64,000 bases of DNA, from positions 50,716,001 through 50,780,000 of the forward strand of contig OZ024746.1 of the NCBI GenBank assembly GCA_964016885.1, given 5' to 3'. This document shows positions 41,271 to 52,854 of this stretch, one piece after another (within the stretch, counting starts at the first letter, position 1; the number at the start of each line of letters is the position of its first letter). The notes under the pieces were generated by a model. That model was not told the origin of the DNA. It was given only the letters and a program-made list of their open reading frames with translations, and ran no database searches. The position numbers and the translations under genes are program-made. This DNA comes from Eledone cirrhosa. Taxonomy: Eukaryota.

Positions 41271-44200
41271 ATTATTATTATTATTATTGTTACTATTATT
41301 ATTACTTTTTTTTTTTTTTCCAATTCAATGATGTTCCAGAACAATATAAAAGAGATAATTGGCAATTTAGGTTCTGGAACAAAAAAGATAATTGACAATA
41401 AGGGCAGGCTCCCAAGGTTATCACAGCCTGGGCCCGCTCGTCATCGTGTCATTGTAGTAGAGCCAAACAAGGCATTTAGTCTTGGCTGCTGGAACGTACG
41501 GACGCTGCTTGACAGGGTTCCTTGGAGCGTCCTGAACGAAGGACCGCTCCTGTTGCAAAGGAGCTTCGACCATATGGATGCATCCTGCATCTAAGGAATG
41601 GCATCTTTTGGACTACGTCCTAGTCAGGATGCGTGACAGACAGGATGTGCAGTGTGTTCGTGATCTTCGTGGAGCTGAGTGCTGGACGGACCACCGCCTG
41701 GTACGCGCAAAAGTGAAACTAATCACTAAACATAAAATCCGGGCTCCTGGCGTTGCCCTGCCCAAAAGATTGAATGCTGCTCGTCTTAAGGATAAAACTG
41801 TGAAGAGGACATTGAAAGAAGAGATGCAGGCTGCAGATCTTGGTGAGGATTGGCCGACCCTTAAAAAGTCGGTTTATGATGTAGGCAGGCGTGTTCTGGG
41901 ATTGGTGCATAGAAAACATCAGGACTGGTTTAATGAGAATGATGTACATATAGAAGACTTGTTGGCTGATAAGAGGCGTGCTCTGTCACGCTACTTGACG
42001 GCAAAACCACAGGAGAGGAATACGTTGCATGAGGAACTGAAGGATGTAAAATCATGTGTTAGGCGGAGTCTTTCTCAGATGAAGGATCAGTGGTGGAGTG
42101 AGAAGGCTGGTGAGATACAAACTGCGTCAGATTCCAATAACACAAAGCTGTTGTACAGTCTCTTGCGTGAGGTTTATGGACCGTCTTCTTCTCTGGTGAC
42201 ACCGCTTCGCAGCAAGGTTGGCAAAAAACTTCTTCGTGACTCATAAGGAATTCTACGAAGGTGGCGAGAGCACTTTGATGATCTTTTGAATCAGATTCCA
42301 GAAAATCCTGTGAAAGTAGCTCTCGCAGAACCTCCGACGCCTGTGGAGGTTGCAGTGGCTATCTCGAAGCTGAACAGTGGAAGGTCTCCAGGTATGGATG
42401 GGATACATGCTGAGCTCCTACAATATGGTGGTGAGAGACTCCTGCAACATCTTCACTCTTTGTTTGGAAGGATATGGGCTAATGAATCCGTACCTGAGGA
42501 CTGGAGAGATGCAGTAATGGTGTTCTTGTACAAGGGAAAGGGTAACAGGAATGATTGTGGGAACTACAGAGGTATATCATTGCTTTCTGTCGTAGGGAAA
42601 GTTTTATGTAGGGTGCTTCTGGACCGTCTGCTGACACACATTGCAGATTGTGTTCTTCCTGAAAGTCAATCTGGTTTTCGTGCTGGACGCGGCACTACTG
42701 ATATGATCTCAGCTAGACAGCTCCAGGAGAAGTGCATGGAACAAGGTTTGGTTCTGTATCAGGTTTTTTTCGATCTGACAAAAGCTTTCGATACTGTTAA
42801 CAGAGATGCATTATGGAAGGTTCTCCAGAAACTTGGTTGCCTTGATAAGTTCCTTGCTTTAGTTAGGTCTTTCCATGACGACATGAAGGCTTGGGTTAAT
42901 GTCGGAGGTAACATGTCGGAGCCTATCTCAGTAAAAAATGGAGTGAAACAGGGGGATATTCCAGCACCAACCCTGTTTGCCATATACTTTGCAATGGTTT
43001 TCTGTATTGCATTCAGGAATTGCTAGCATGGTGTTTACATCCGATATCGAACCTCAGGCAGCATATTTAACATCAGGCGCTTTGCTGCAAAGACAAAAGT
43101 ATTTACATCAATCATAAGAGACCTCTTGTATGCAGATGATTGCGATCTTGTAGCGCACACAGAGAGTGATATGCAGCACATTTTGAATGCATTTTCTGAC
43201 GCTTACACTGCCCTAGGATTGACTGTCAGTCTCAAGAAAACCGTCGTCTTGTACCAACCTGCCCCTGGTAAGCAGTACTCTGAACCAAATATCTATGTGT
43301 ATGGTAAACGACTTGGAGTGGTTGATCAGTTTGTCTACCTGGGAAGCACTGTCAATCGATACAGCAACCTTGACAGTGAAATCTCACTTAGGATTAGGAA
43401 AGCAAGTGATGGTTTCGGAAAGCTAGAAAGGCGACTCTGGGGTCGGCGAGACATATGCAGGAGGATAAAGGTAAAGGTGTACAAGGCATGTGTGCTCTCT
43501 TGTCTTCTTTATGCCTGCGAGACCTGGGTCACATATCGACACCACCTTAAGCAATTGGAGCGTTTCCATCAGATGTGTCTCAGACGTATCCATGACATTC
43601 ACTGGGGGGACTACATCAGTGATGTCGAGATTTTGGAAAGCTCTATGTGTGACAGTATAGAAGCTCTTGTGCTTAATCAACGACTCCGTTGGGGTGGTCA
43701 CCTTGCCAGGATGAAGAATTCTAGAATATCAAAACAACTCTTTTATGGAGAGTTGGTTAAAGGAAAACGACCGCCACACAAACCAAAAAAGAGGTATAAG
43801 GATTCCTTGAAAGCCTCTTTGAAAGACGCTAACATCTCTGCTGATACATGGGAAAATATTGCTGCTGATCGTAATAAATGGAGAAAGACTGTATATGAGG
43901 GAAAAGTTGCCTTTGAGGCATCTCGAATCGCATACGAGAAAATAAAGCGGGATGTGAAGAAGGGCATTGCTGTTGCACTTCCAGACAGCGAGGGTCCTCG
44001 CACAGACGCTGCAAGTCAGCACCATAGTGCTGACTTGCAGCGTCTGTGCGAGGCTCTGCCTAAGCAAAGCTGGACTCGAAAGTCATCTTCGCAGTCATAA
44101 AGTAAGACCAGTGGTTGACTACAAGGCTGCTGTTGGAGATGCTACTCATCATGCATGCCAAACATGTGGTAGAGAATGTAAATCAGCAGGAGGGCTCAAG

Positions 44201-44460
44201 CGATATGCAAAAGTGCATGAACTCAAACCACAGCCGGCTATTCCCAGTGAATGTTTTGGTTGCCGACTCTGTGCAAGACATTTTAGATCATTGGCTGGGC
44301 TAAAAAGCCACATTCGATCGCAGAGCTGTTAGTTGCTATCGTGTGTATGTGTGTGTATAGATATGTTTATGTGTGCGCGTGTGTGTGTATATATATATGT
44401 ATATGTATATTATTATTGTTGTTGTTGTCATTATTATTATTGTTGTTATTGTTGTTATAA

Positions 44461-44625
44461 GGGCGGTGGATTGGCAGTATCGGTAGAGGGTCGGACGCTA
44501 TGCTTTCCAGCATAGTTACGTCCCTTTACGATCTGAGTTCAAATCCCGCCGAGGTTGACTTTGCCTTTCATCCTTACCAAGTAATGCACTGGGTAATTGC
44601 TGGCCTTGTGCCTAACGTAGAAACA
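44461..44625 (+). mobile_element. MetaSINE nested in the (TTA/TTG)n tract of the RTE 3' UTR
   Basis: A/B boxes plus Meta core; absent from the paralogous UTR at 52520-52580. Confidence 0.85.
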
Positions 44626-44635
44626 ATTATTATTG

Positions 44636-44673
<38 letters not shown>

Positions 44674-44860
44674 GTTATTAATGTATATGTGTGTATGTAT
44701 ATATATATGTGTGTATATATGTATATGTATGTGTGTATATATATATATATATATTTCTTTTTTTTTTATTTTATTTTCTTTTTTATTTATTTATTAAAAT
44801 ATATATATATATATATATACGATATTAAACAAATGGAAACTATATTTATAAAACCATATT

Positions 44861-44926
44861 TATTTCATTATACATATTTCGGGGATACCATATTAAAAAT
44901 ATGGCATGCCTTCTTCAGATAAAATA
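44861..44926 (-). ncRNA. Type I hammerhead ribozyme (mirror copy)
   Basis: Reverse complement of 45613-45678. Confidence 0.8.
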
Positions 44927-45612
44927 CAATATATAAACAGTTTTATAAATAATTTTGACGTACCATAAATATTGAGCAACCGTTATGTAGGAAGCCGGTT
45001 TGGTAGTGAGATGTTTATAAATATTTAGTGTTAAGCACAGTTAAAAAGAAAGACGGAGAAAAAGAAGAAATGTATGTAAAGAAAAACAGAGAGAAATAGA
45101 GAGAGATAGGGGAGAGAGAAATAGTGAGGAGGTGAAAAAAGAGAGGCAGCTGAAGCCAACAGATGAATAATAATAATTCATCATACAAATTGAGAGATTT
45201 AGGAGGGAGGGAGTACTGTAATTATTTAGTTATAGTGTTAAGGACAGTTAGGGAGGAGACGGAGAGAAATAAAAAATGAAGAGAAAACAGAGAGAGAGAA
45301 AGATAGAAGTGGGGGGAAAAAGAAAGAGGTAGACCAAATAATAATAATTATATAGGGGGAGGTGAAAATCAAGAGAGAAATAGGAGAGAAATAAGAGAGA
45401 AACTTGAGAGGCAAAGTCAAAACAACAGATACATAGACTTCATCATATATTTATATATATTACATACATTTCTTCTTTTTCTCCGTCTTTCTTTTTAACT
45501 GTGCTTAACACTAAATATTTATAAACATCTCACTACCAAACCGGCTTCCTACATAACGGTTGCTCAATATTTATGGTACGTCAAAATTATTTATAAAACT
45601 GTTTATATATTG

Positions 45613-45678
45613 TATTTTATCTGAAGAAGGCATGCCATATTTTTAATATGGTATCCCCGAAATATGTATAATGAAATA
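45613..45678 (+). ncRNA. Type I hammerhead ribozyme
   Basis: tattttat-CTGAAGA-a-ggcatgccatatt ttt aatatggtatcccc-GAAA-tatgta-TA-atgaaata; 8-bp stem I with one G-U pair. Confidence 0.8.
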
Positions 45679-45805
45679 AATATGGTTTTATAAATATAGT
45701 TTCCATTTGTTTAATATCGTATATCTACTCCAAAACTTGTCGAGTGCTTTATATGAGTTATAAAATATTTACTTGTTGTAACCCAACAATTTTAAATAAA
45801 ACTTT

Positions 45806-45841
<36 letters not shown>

Positions 45842-45988
45842 CCTCCTCGTGCAATGGCCATACTCGATAACGAGAGGGCAGCCATCATGTATGTATGTAT
45901 GTATGTATGTATGTATGTATGTATGTATGTATGTATGTATGTATGTATGTATGTATGTATGTATGTATGTATGTATGTATGTATGTAT

Positions 45989-46295
45989 GGGAGTGAAAGT
46001 TCCCCCCAGTTGTTGTCACAACACCTTTATAAGAGACGGAAACTCTAAAAAAAAAAACAAGGCTGCGGCTTCGGAAGCATGTTAACCAGTTCTCTTTTTC
46101 GGGTAGTGTTTTCGATGCTCAGTGAGTGGGATTGGTCGAGTGCAAGGCCTTTCCCCACTTAAAAAAACCTTCAAAGAAAAGGCATTGCTTGTTCAGGTTG
46201 TTACAGGTTCGTGTGGCTGGCCGCAGCCTAAAAGTGCACCATTTTCTGTAAACTGACAAGTGATTGCAATACTTTTAGTGGAGTTTGCAGTCACC
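45989..46295 (+). mobile_element. Bipartite non-autonomous RTE derivative (distant family)
   Basis: Shares gggagtgaa...gagtgggattgg...cacttaaaa...ggcattgc with the RTE 5' UTR; ends gcagtcacc followed by TATG-like repeats. Confidence 0.6.
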
Positions 46296-46419
46296 ATATA
46301 TATGTATATATGTATATATGCATGTATGTATGTATGTATGTATGTATGTATGTATGTATGTATGTATGTATGTATGTATGTATGTATGTATGTATGTATT
46401 TATGTATGTATGTATATAT

Positions 46420-46745
46420 GTATGTATATCTTGTCATATGCTTGTGTATACATACATATATTTATACGGCTCTACATATGTTTGTATGTATGTCTACTAT
46501 ATGCTTCACTTTTGAAATGTTTTACATATTTTCATGGTTCAGTTAATAGCAAATAATTTTGTAATGAAACTCGTCGTTCCTGATATTTCTAAAGCCCAGC
46601 TGCCAAAGATTAGTGGTGAGGCCGTTACTTTCATAACCCTGTGTCTCAGTGAATTACAGGTATAAATCTAATATTATACTCCAGGTGGAATAACTGCAGA
46701 TTTCTCATGATTTTGACACGTATGATTCTTTTTACATTTTATATC
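46420..46745 (-). mobile_element. Old R4/Dong-like 3' fragment
   Basis: Diverged homology to 3460-3740 (ctgcagatttctcat, gaaatgttttacatattt); (TATG)n flanks. Confidence 0.6.
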
Positions 46746-46764
46746 ATGTATGTATGTTCTGGTT

Positions 46765-47368
46765 TTGCGTCGACCAGCATGCTTTGCGGCATAGAATTAC
46801 GGCCCTTTACGTCCTGAGTTCAAATCTCGCCGCGGTTAGCTTTGGCTTTCATCCGTACGTAGTTGATAAAATAAAGTAGCAGTAACACACTGGGGTCGAT
46901 TTAATCGACTTTGCCTTCCCCCCAAATTGTTGGCCTTGTGCCTGAATCAGAAACCATTATTTTATTGGCAGTATCGGTAGAGGGTCGGACACCATGCTTT
47001 CCAGCATAGTTACGTCCCATTGCGATCTGAGTTCAAATCCCGCCGAGGTTGACTTTGCCTTTCATCCTTACGGGGTCGATAAAATAAAGTACCAGTAATG
47101 CACTGGGTAATTGCTGGCCTTGTGCCTAAAGTAGAAACAATTATTTTATAAATGGCTCATTGGCAGTATCGGTAGAACGCTGGACGCCATGCTTTACAGC
47201 ATAGAGATACGGCTCTTTACGTTCTGAGGTCAAATCCCGCTGAGGTTAGCTTTGCCTTTCATCTTTACAGGGTCGATAAAATAAAGTACCAGTAACACAC
47301 TGGGGTCGTTTTAATCGACTTTCTCCTGCCCCAAAATTTGTTGGCCTTGTGCCAAAATCAGAAACCAT
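46765..47368 (+). mobile_element. Three tandem MetaSINE copies
   Basis: Units starting near 46765, 46965 and 47160, each with B box, Meta core and a gccttgtgcc..agaaac tail followed by ATT. Confidence 0.85.
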
Positions 47369-47446
47369 TATTTTATAAATTTACAGTGAGAGAGAGAGAA
47401 AGAAAGAGAGAGACATAGAGAGAATGAGATAGAGAGAGAGAGGAAG

Positions 47447-47477
<31 letters not shown>

Positions 47478-47542
47478 ATGAGATACAGAGAGAGAGAGAG
47501 AAAGAAAGAGAGAGATATAGAGAGAAAGAGATAGAGAGAGAC

Positions 47543-47578
<36 letters not shown>

Positions 47579-47664
47579 CTGGTTTCGAACAAAAACAAGA
47601 CTCTTTCATTGAAATTTAGACAACATCAACTAAATAAATACATATGTATGTATATATATATATG

Positions 47665-48269
47665 GTGGTGGCTGCCAACTCGTTTTCGAGTACGGCCACT
47701 ACTTTATATCCATGTAGGAGAACTCCTACCGATGCCCTGAACGAGTGTGACTTTTTAGTCCAGCCAGCGACTTGAAAACTCTGGTACCAACATTACACTT
47801 GTGACAATTATTGACACATAGTGCTGGGCCCATGGTACCATGTGATGACAAGTGCAGAGAGATCTCCAGATATAAAGCAATGTCTGTGTCGTGAAGCTTT
47901 TATAGTGAGCAAAGGCACTGCACAAAGCCAGTCCCACTCTCTTAACCAAGATGATATTTACCAAAAAGAACAAGTCAACATCATTGGATACCATCAGGGT
48001 TGCAGGTGTTATATCAGAGTTTTCCTTCTCCTAGAATTCTTCCTTGACAAAGGCTAAAGAGTCATCTCTCCCGCTGATTTTGGATGGCCATTGACTCTTA
48101 AGAGCTCCTTTGCTTTTTGACAGGTTTTGTTTTTAGTCCTGCAGGATGTCCAAAGTCACCCTCCTCACCAAGAAACCTTGGTGGGGTTGCCAGTTTAGTC
48201 GCCAACGACCCGACCATGAGACAGGTTGTACTGGGATACATGTTACCAGTAGCACCAACTGGTGACCTG

Positions 48270-48270
<1 letters not shown>
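47665..48270 (-). mobile_element. Bipartite non-autonomous RTE derivative, family C (5' UTR + last zinc finger + tail)
   Basis: 5' end homologous to 52855/56161; 3' part encodes FKSLAGLKSHTRS and ends ggccgtactcgaaaacgagttggcagccacc; second copy at 50709-51103. Confidence 0.8.
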
Positions 48271-48352
<82 letters not shown>

Positions 48353-48418
48353 CATATGTATTTATTTAGTTGATGTCTAAATTTCAATGAAAGAGTCTTG
48401 TTTTTGTTCGAAACCAGA

Positions 48419-48511
<93 letters not shown>

Positions 48512-48539
48512 ATATGTATGTATATATATATATATATAT

Positions 48540-48740
48540 AACAAAGGAATTGTGGTAAGGAACCAGATGGACCATAACGCACCAGAGTACTCAATACTTA
48601 GGGTAGTAGAGTGGGAAATAGGAAAATGTATGACCCCGACGGCAGAGCTTAAGCCGTTTCAACGGCTATTTCTGGACTACTTCTAGTCCAGAAATAGCCG
48701 TCGAAACGGCTTGAGCTCTGTCGTCGGGGTCATACTTTTT

Positions 48741-48742
<2 letters not shown>
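48540..48742. mobile_element. Fold-back PLE pLTR relic, family P1 (copy 3)
   Basis: Tail plus ~60 bp inverted arms around cttc; (TA)n flanks. Confidence 0.75.
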
Positions 48743-48810
<68 letters not shown>

Positions 48811-49112
48811 ATACATTAACAGAGAAAGCTTTAAGCAATAGTCCGACCGGCTTCCGTCTCACTCAACAAACATTACGAAATGCCTTAGTATAATCCCAAT
48901 TATACGTTTGGGGTGCTAACTATACGTATTTTGCGGATAGCCAGTTGTATTATTTTATATGAGACATAATTAAAATACATCTCTCTCTATATATATATAT
49001 GTAGGAGGTGAGTTTTATTGTAGCACAATAAAGCAATGCAAATATCGGATAATATGTTGATTTAAAACTTCACTATTCACAAGTGTTTTTTAAGCTTCAT
49101 ATCATGTATCCC

Positions 49113-49183
49113 TATTTTATCTGATGAAAACGCAGATATCATCCCATGATGATATTTGTTTTTGAAATGTGCATAATAAAATA
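49113..49183 (+). ncRNA. Type I hammerhead ribozyme in a ~215 bp (TA)n-flanked insert (49001-49214)
   Basis: tattttat-CTGATGA-aaac-gcagatatcatc ccat gatgatatttgt-tttt-GAAA-tgtgca-TA-ataaaata: perfect 8-bp stem I, canonical core, 12-bp stem II. Confidence 0.85.
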
Positions 49184-49211
49184 CTTGGAACTCTTTTAAC
49201 CAACTTTTGAT

Positions 49212-49254
<43 letters not shown>

Positions 49255-49257
<3 letters not shown>

Positions 49258-50250
49258 ATCATGAAGAAATATAAGGCAATAAAATGAAGAAAACAGAAAA
49301 TAAATAATAAATAGAGAATAAAGAATAAATGAAAAATTAATGAAAAAGTAATGAAAAAGTAATGAAAATGAAATGAAAATGAAATGTGAAAAATGAAATG
49401 TGAAAAATAAAATGAAGATTCAAATAAAGTAAGATAAAGTGTGTGTGTGCTTTAACCAATCTCAAGGTCAGAAATATGTTGGATAGATTGGTATGAGGAA
49501 CAAGATGGTAAAAGAATAAAAGAATAAGATAATCAAATAAAATGTGTTTGTTATAACCAATCTCAACTTAAAAATAAATATAAGGTGATAAAGTGAAGAG
49601 AACAGAAAACAAATAACAAATTGATAAATAGAAATCAAGATTGAAAATTGAAAAATTCAAAAATCACAAATCAAGTAAATTAAAATGTGTTTGTGTTATA
49701 AAGATGTTGGCCAAATTATAATGGCTGTGTCCGAATCAATCTCTAGGCTATCATGGTGTCTGCTCAGCCTAGGTTCGTCCCTATGGCTTGAGGGGAGTTC
49801 TCAACCTAGGGTGTTGTTTTTGCCCATATAGCTTGAGGGAGGTCTGGCCGAGAGTACATGTTCTGGAGAAGTTCCTATAGCTTGAGAGGAGTTCACATTT
49901 TCTTGTGTTGCTACTGTCCATATATCTTGAGGAAGGTCCCGGCTCTGAGGTGTCTGCATGTCCCGAAGAAGTCGGTTCTGAGGTTTATCAGGCCGCTTCC
50001 ACCTCTTAGTATCTCGAGGGTCTCGTTCAGGCATAGTTTGCATATGCAAGATCCCCCTTTATCGGGTGGTACTTTCCTGATTATGTACCAGGCCAGAAAG
50101 TACGGGGTCCTGTCCAGCTTAAGCTTCCAGATCAGGTCGGAGAGAGCCGTGCTTTTCCTTTTGGCCTCCTTATTGAAGGAATGGCGATGGTTGTACCAGC
50201 GGTCTTTAAAGCTCGTTGATGTGGCTCCTATGTAGAGGTGTGCGGAATTG
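49255..50250 (-). mobile_element. Hydra-type PLE 3' part (GIY-YIG C-terminal half + 3' UTR) in (TA)n
   Basis: 50240-49911 is an open frame: HLYIGATSTSFKDRWYNHRHSF...STALSDLIWKLK...CKLCLNE...LINLR...CRH (not in the ORF track). Confidence 0.85.
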
Positions 50251-50256
50251 GGGGTT

Positions 50257-50334
<78 letters not shown>

Positions 50335-50336
<2 letters not shown>

Positions 50337-50608
50337 CACAGGTATGGATGTTACTGCATGTGAGGTTCTGTATGTTTTGAGTTACGTGAACACGTGCATA
50401 TGTTTCTGTATCTATACATGTGTATATACAGTTATGGCATGCTGAATTTCTGAAATGTTTTACATATATTCACAGTTCCATTAATGAACTGTACTTAAAA
50501 CTTCCAAACTAGCCGCGCTCTTTCTGGTTCTGTGAAGCTCAGCTTCTCAAGATTTGTACTGAGGCAGTTAGTACCATACCTCAATTATCACAGGTACAAA
50601 TCTAAAGG
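50335..50608 (-). mobile_element. R4/Dong-like 3' fragment, diverged
   Basis: Homologous to 3405-3690. Confidence 0.7.
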
Positions 50609-50708
50609 TATGTATGTATGTATGTATGTATGTATGTATGTATGTATGTATGTATGTATGTATGTATGTATGTATGTATGTATGTATGTGTGTATGTATG
50701 TATGCATG

Positions 50709-51103
50709 CATCCAAAATCACCGGGAGAATTCTAGGAGAAGGAAAACTCTTATATAACACCTGCAACCCTGATGGTATCCAATGATGTTGACTTGTTCTT
50801 CTTTTTGGTAAATATCATCTTGGTTAAGAGAGTGGGACTGGCTTTGTGCAGTGCCTTTGCTCAGTATAAAAGCTTCACGGCACAGACATTGCTTTATATC
50901 TGGAGATCTCTCTGCACTTGTCGTCACATGGTACCATGGGCCCAGCACTATGTGTCAATAATTGTCACAAGTGTAGTGTTTGTACCAGAGTTTTCAAGTC
51001 GCTGGCTGGACTAAAAAGTCACACTCGTTCAGGGCATCGGTAGGGGTTCTCCTACATGGATATAAAGTAGTGGCCGTACTCGAAAACGAGTTGGCAGCCA
51101 CCA
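50709..51103 (+). mobile_element. Bipartite RTE derivative, family C, 5'-truncated
   Basis: Near-identical reverse complement of 47665-48087 with a deletion; (TATG)n both sides. Confidence 0.8.
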
Positions 51104-51112
51104 TGTATGTAT

Positions 51113-51772
51113 GTTCTTCTGGTTTTATAATTTCACAAATTTTTTTCCCAATAGAGAGAGAGAGAGAGTCGGTTCCTAACATAGACACAAGACTCTCTCA
51201 TTGGAATTTACACAACATCAACTTGGTAGATTATGTATGCATGCATGCATGTGTAGGTATGGATGTTATTGTATGTGTGGATGTGTTTGCTTTGAGTTGT
51301 ATGTGTGCATGTGTATATGCTTTGCATCTGTACAGGTGTATATGCAGGTGTATATGCAAAATTTTTGGAATGTTTTACATATTTTTACTGTTCCATTAAT
51401 GGATTGTACTTGTAATTTCCTAACTATTGTGTTCTTTCTGTTCCTGTGAAGCCTAGCTTCTCAAGATTTGTATTGAGGCAGTTACTAACATACCCAAGTG
51501 TTCCAATAATCACAGGCATAAATCTGAAGGTGTAATCAGGGTGGAGTATCTGCAGATTTCTCATCAGTTCTGCATAAATATTCTCCTTTTCGCTAATCTT
51601 TGATATTATATTGGCATCTGCTGGGCAGCTAATTTCCACTACTGTGCATGCTTTCTTCTCCCTGTCCCATATCATAATATCTGGTCTGTTATGCCTGCAT
51701 TTTATTGGGGTTTTTACTGGAACATTCCACCAGTACTCTGTCATATTATGTACATGGATGTCTTCCACATTG
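51113..51772 (-). mobile_element. R4/Dong-like family A 3' fragment
   Basis: Near-identical to 3273-3930; (TATG)n both sides. Confidence 0.88.
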
Positions 51773-51855
51773 CTATGTATGTATGTATGTATGTATGTAT
51801 GTATGTATGTATGTATGTATGTATGTATGTATGTATGTATGTATGTATGTATGTA

Positions 51856-52625
51856 TTCTAGAATACCAAAACAACTCTTTTATGGAGAGTTGGTTAAAGG
51901 AAAACAATCGCCACATAAACCAAAAAAGAGGTATAAGGATTCCTTGAAAGCCTCTTTGAAAGACGCTAACATCTCTGCTGATACATGGGAAAATATTGCT
52001 GCTGATCGTAATAAATGGAGAAAGACTGTATATGAGGGAAAAGTTGCCTTTGAGGCATCTCGAATCGCATACGAGAAAGTAAAGCGGGATGTGAGGAAGG
52101 GCATTGCTGTTGCACTTCCAGACGGCGAGGGTCCTCCTATGGTGCTGACACGCAGCGTCTGTGCGAGACTCTGCCTAAGCAAAGCTGGACTCGAAAGTCA
52201 TCTTCGCAGTCATAAAGTAAGACCAGTGGTTGACTACCAGGCTGCTGTTGGAGATGCTACTCATCATGCTTGCCAAACATGTGGTAGAGAATGTAAATCA
52301 GCAGGAGGGCTCAAGCGACATGCAAAAGTACATGAACTCAAACCACAGCCGGCTATTCCCAGTGAATGTTTTGGTTGCCGACTCTGTGCAAGACATTTTA
52401 GATCATTGGCTGGGCTAAAAAGCCACATTCGATCGCAGCGCTGTTAGTTGCTATCGTGTGGGTGTATAGGTATGTTTATGTGTGTGCGTGCGTGTGTATA
52501 TATATATGTATATGTATATTATTATTGTTGTTGTTGTTGTTATTATTATTGTTGTTATTATTATTTTTATTATTGTTATTAATGTATATGTGTGTATGTA
52601 TATATATATGTGTGTATATATATAT

Positions 52626-52657
<32 letters not shown>

Positions 52658-52773
52658 TTCTTTTTTTTTGTTTTATTTTATTTTTTATTTATTTATTAAT
52701 ATATATATACATATATATATATATATTTTCTCCTCGTGCAATGGCCATACTCGATAACGAGTGGGCAGCCATC
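51856..52773 (+). mobile_element. RTE LINE 3' fragment with three C2H2 fingers and an uninterrupted 3' UTR
   Basis: Near-identical to 43718-44340; SRIPKQLFYGEL...SLAGLKSHIRSQRC*; (TATG)n both sides. Confidence 0.9.
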
Positions 52774-52854
52774 ATGTATGTATGTATGTATGTATGTATG
52801 TATGTATGTATGTATGTATGTATGTATGTATGTATGTATGTATGTATGTCTATG

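Larger units (their letters stand above)
44817..45808 (-). mobile_element. Non-coding PLE 3' relic with ~260 bp inverted arms and ~85 bp tail, in (TA)n of the RTE 3' UTR
   Basis: 44817-45079 is the reverse complement of 45460-45724; each arm has a hammerhead; the empty site is visible at 52698-52728. Confidence 0.85.
35056..45887 (+). mobile_element. RTE-clade LINE interrupted by a Tx1 element, a MetaSINE and a PLE relic
   Basis: 5' UTR 35056-35384 resumes at 41271. ORF from about 41328 (LGCWNVRTLLDR), internal EN deletion near 41575, RT (NYRGISLL, FFDLTKAFDTV, GVKQG, YADD) with stops at 42244 and 43024, C2H2 fingers to 44332. 3' tail ggccatactcgataacgag..gcagccatc then (TATG)n. Confidence 0.88.
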
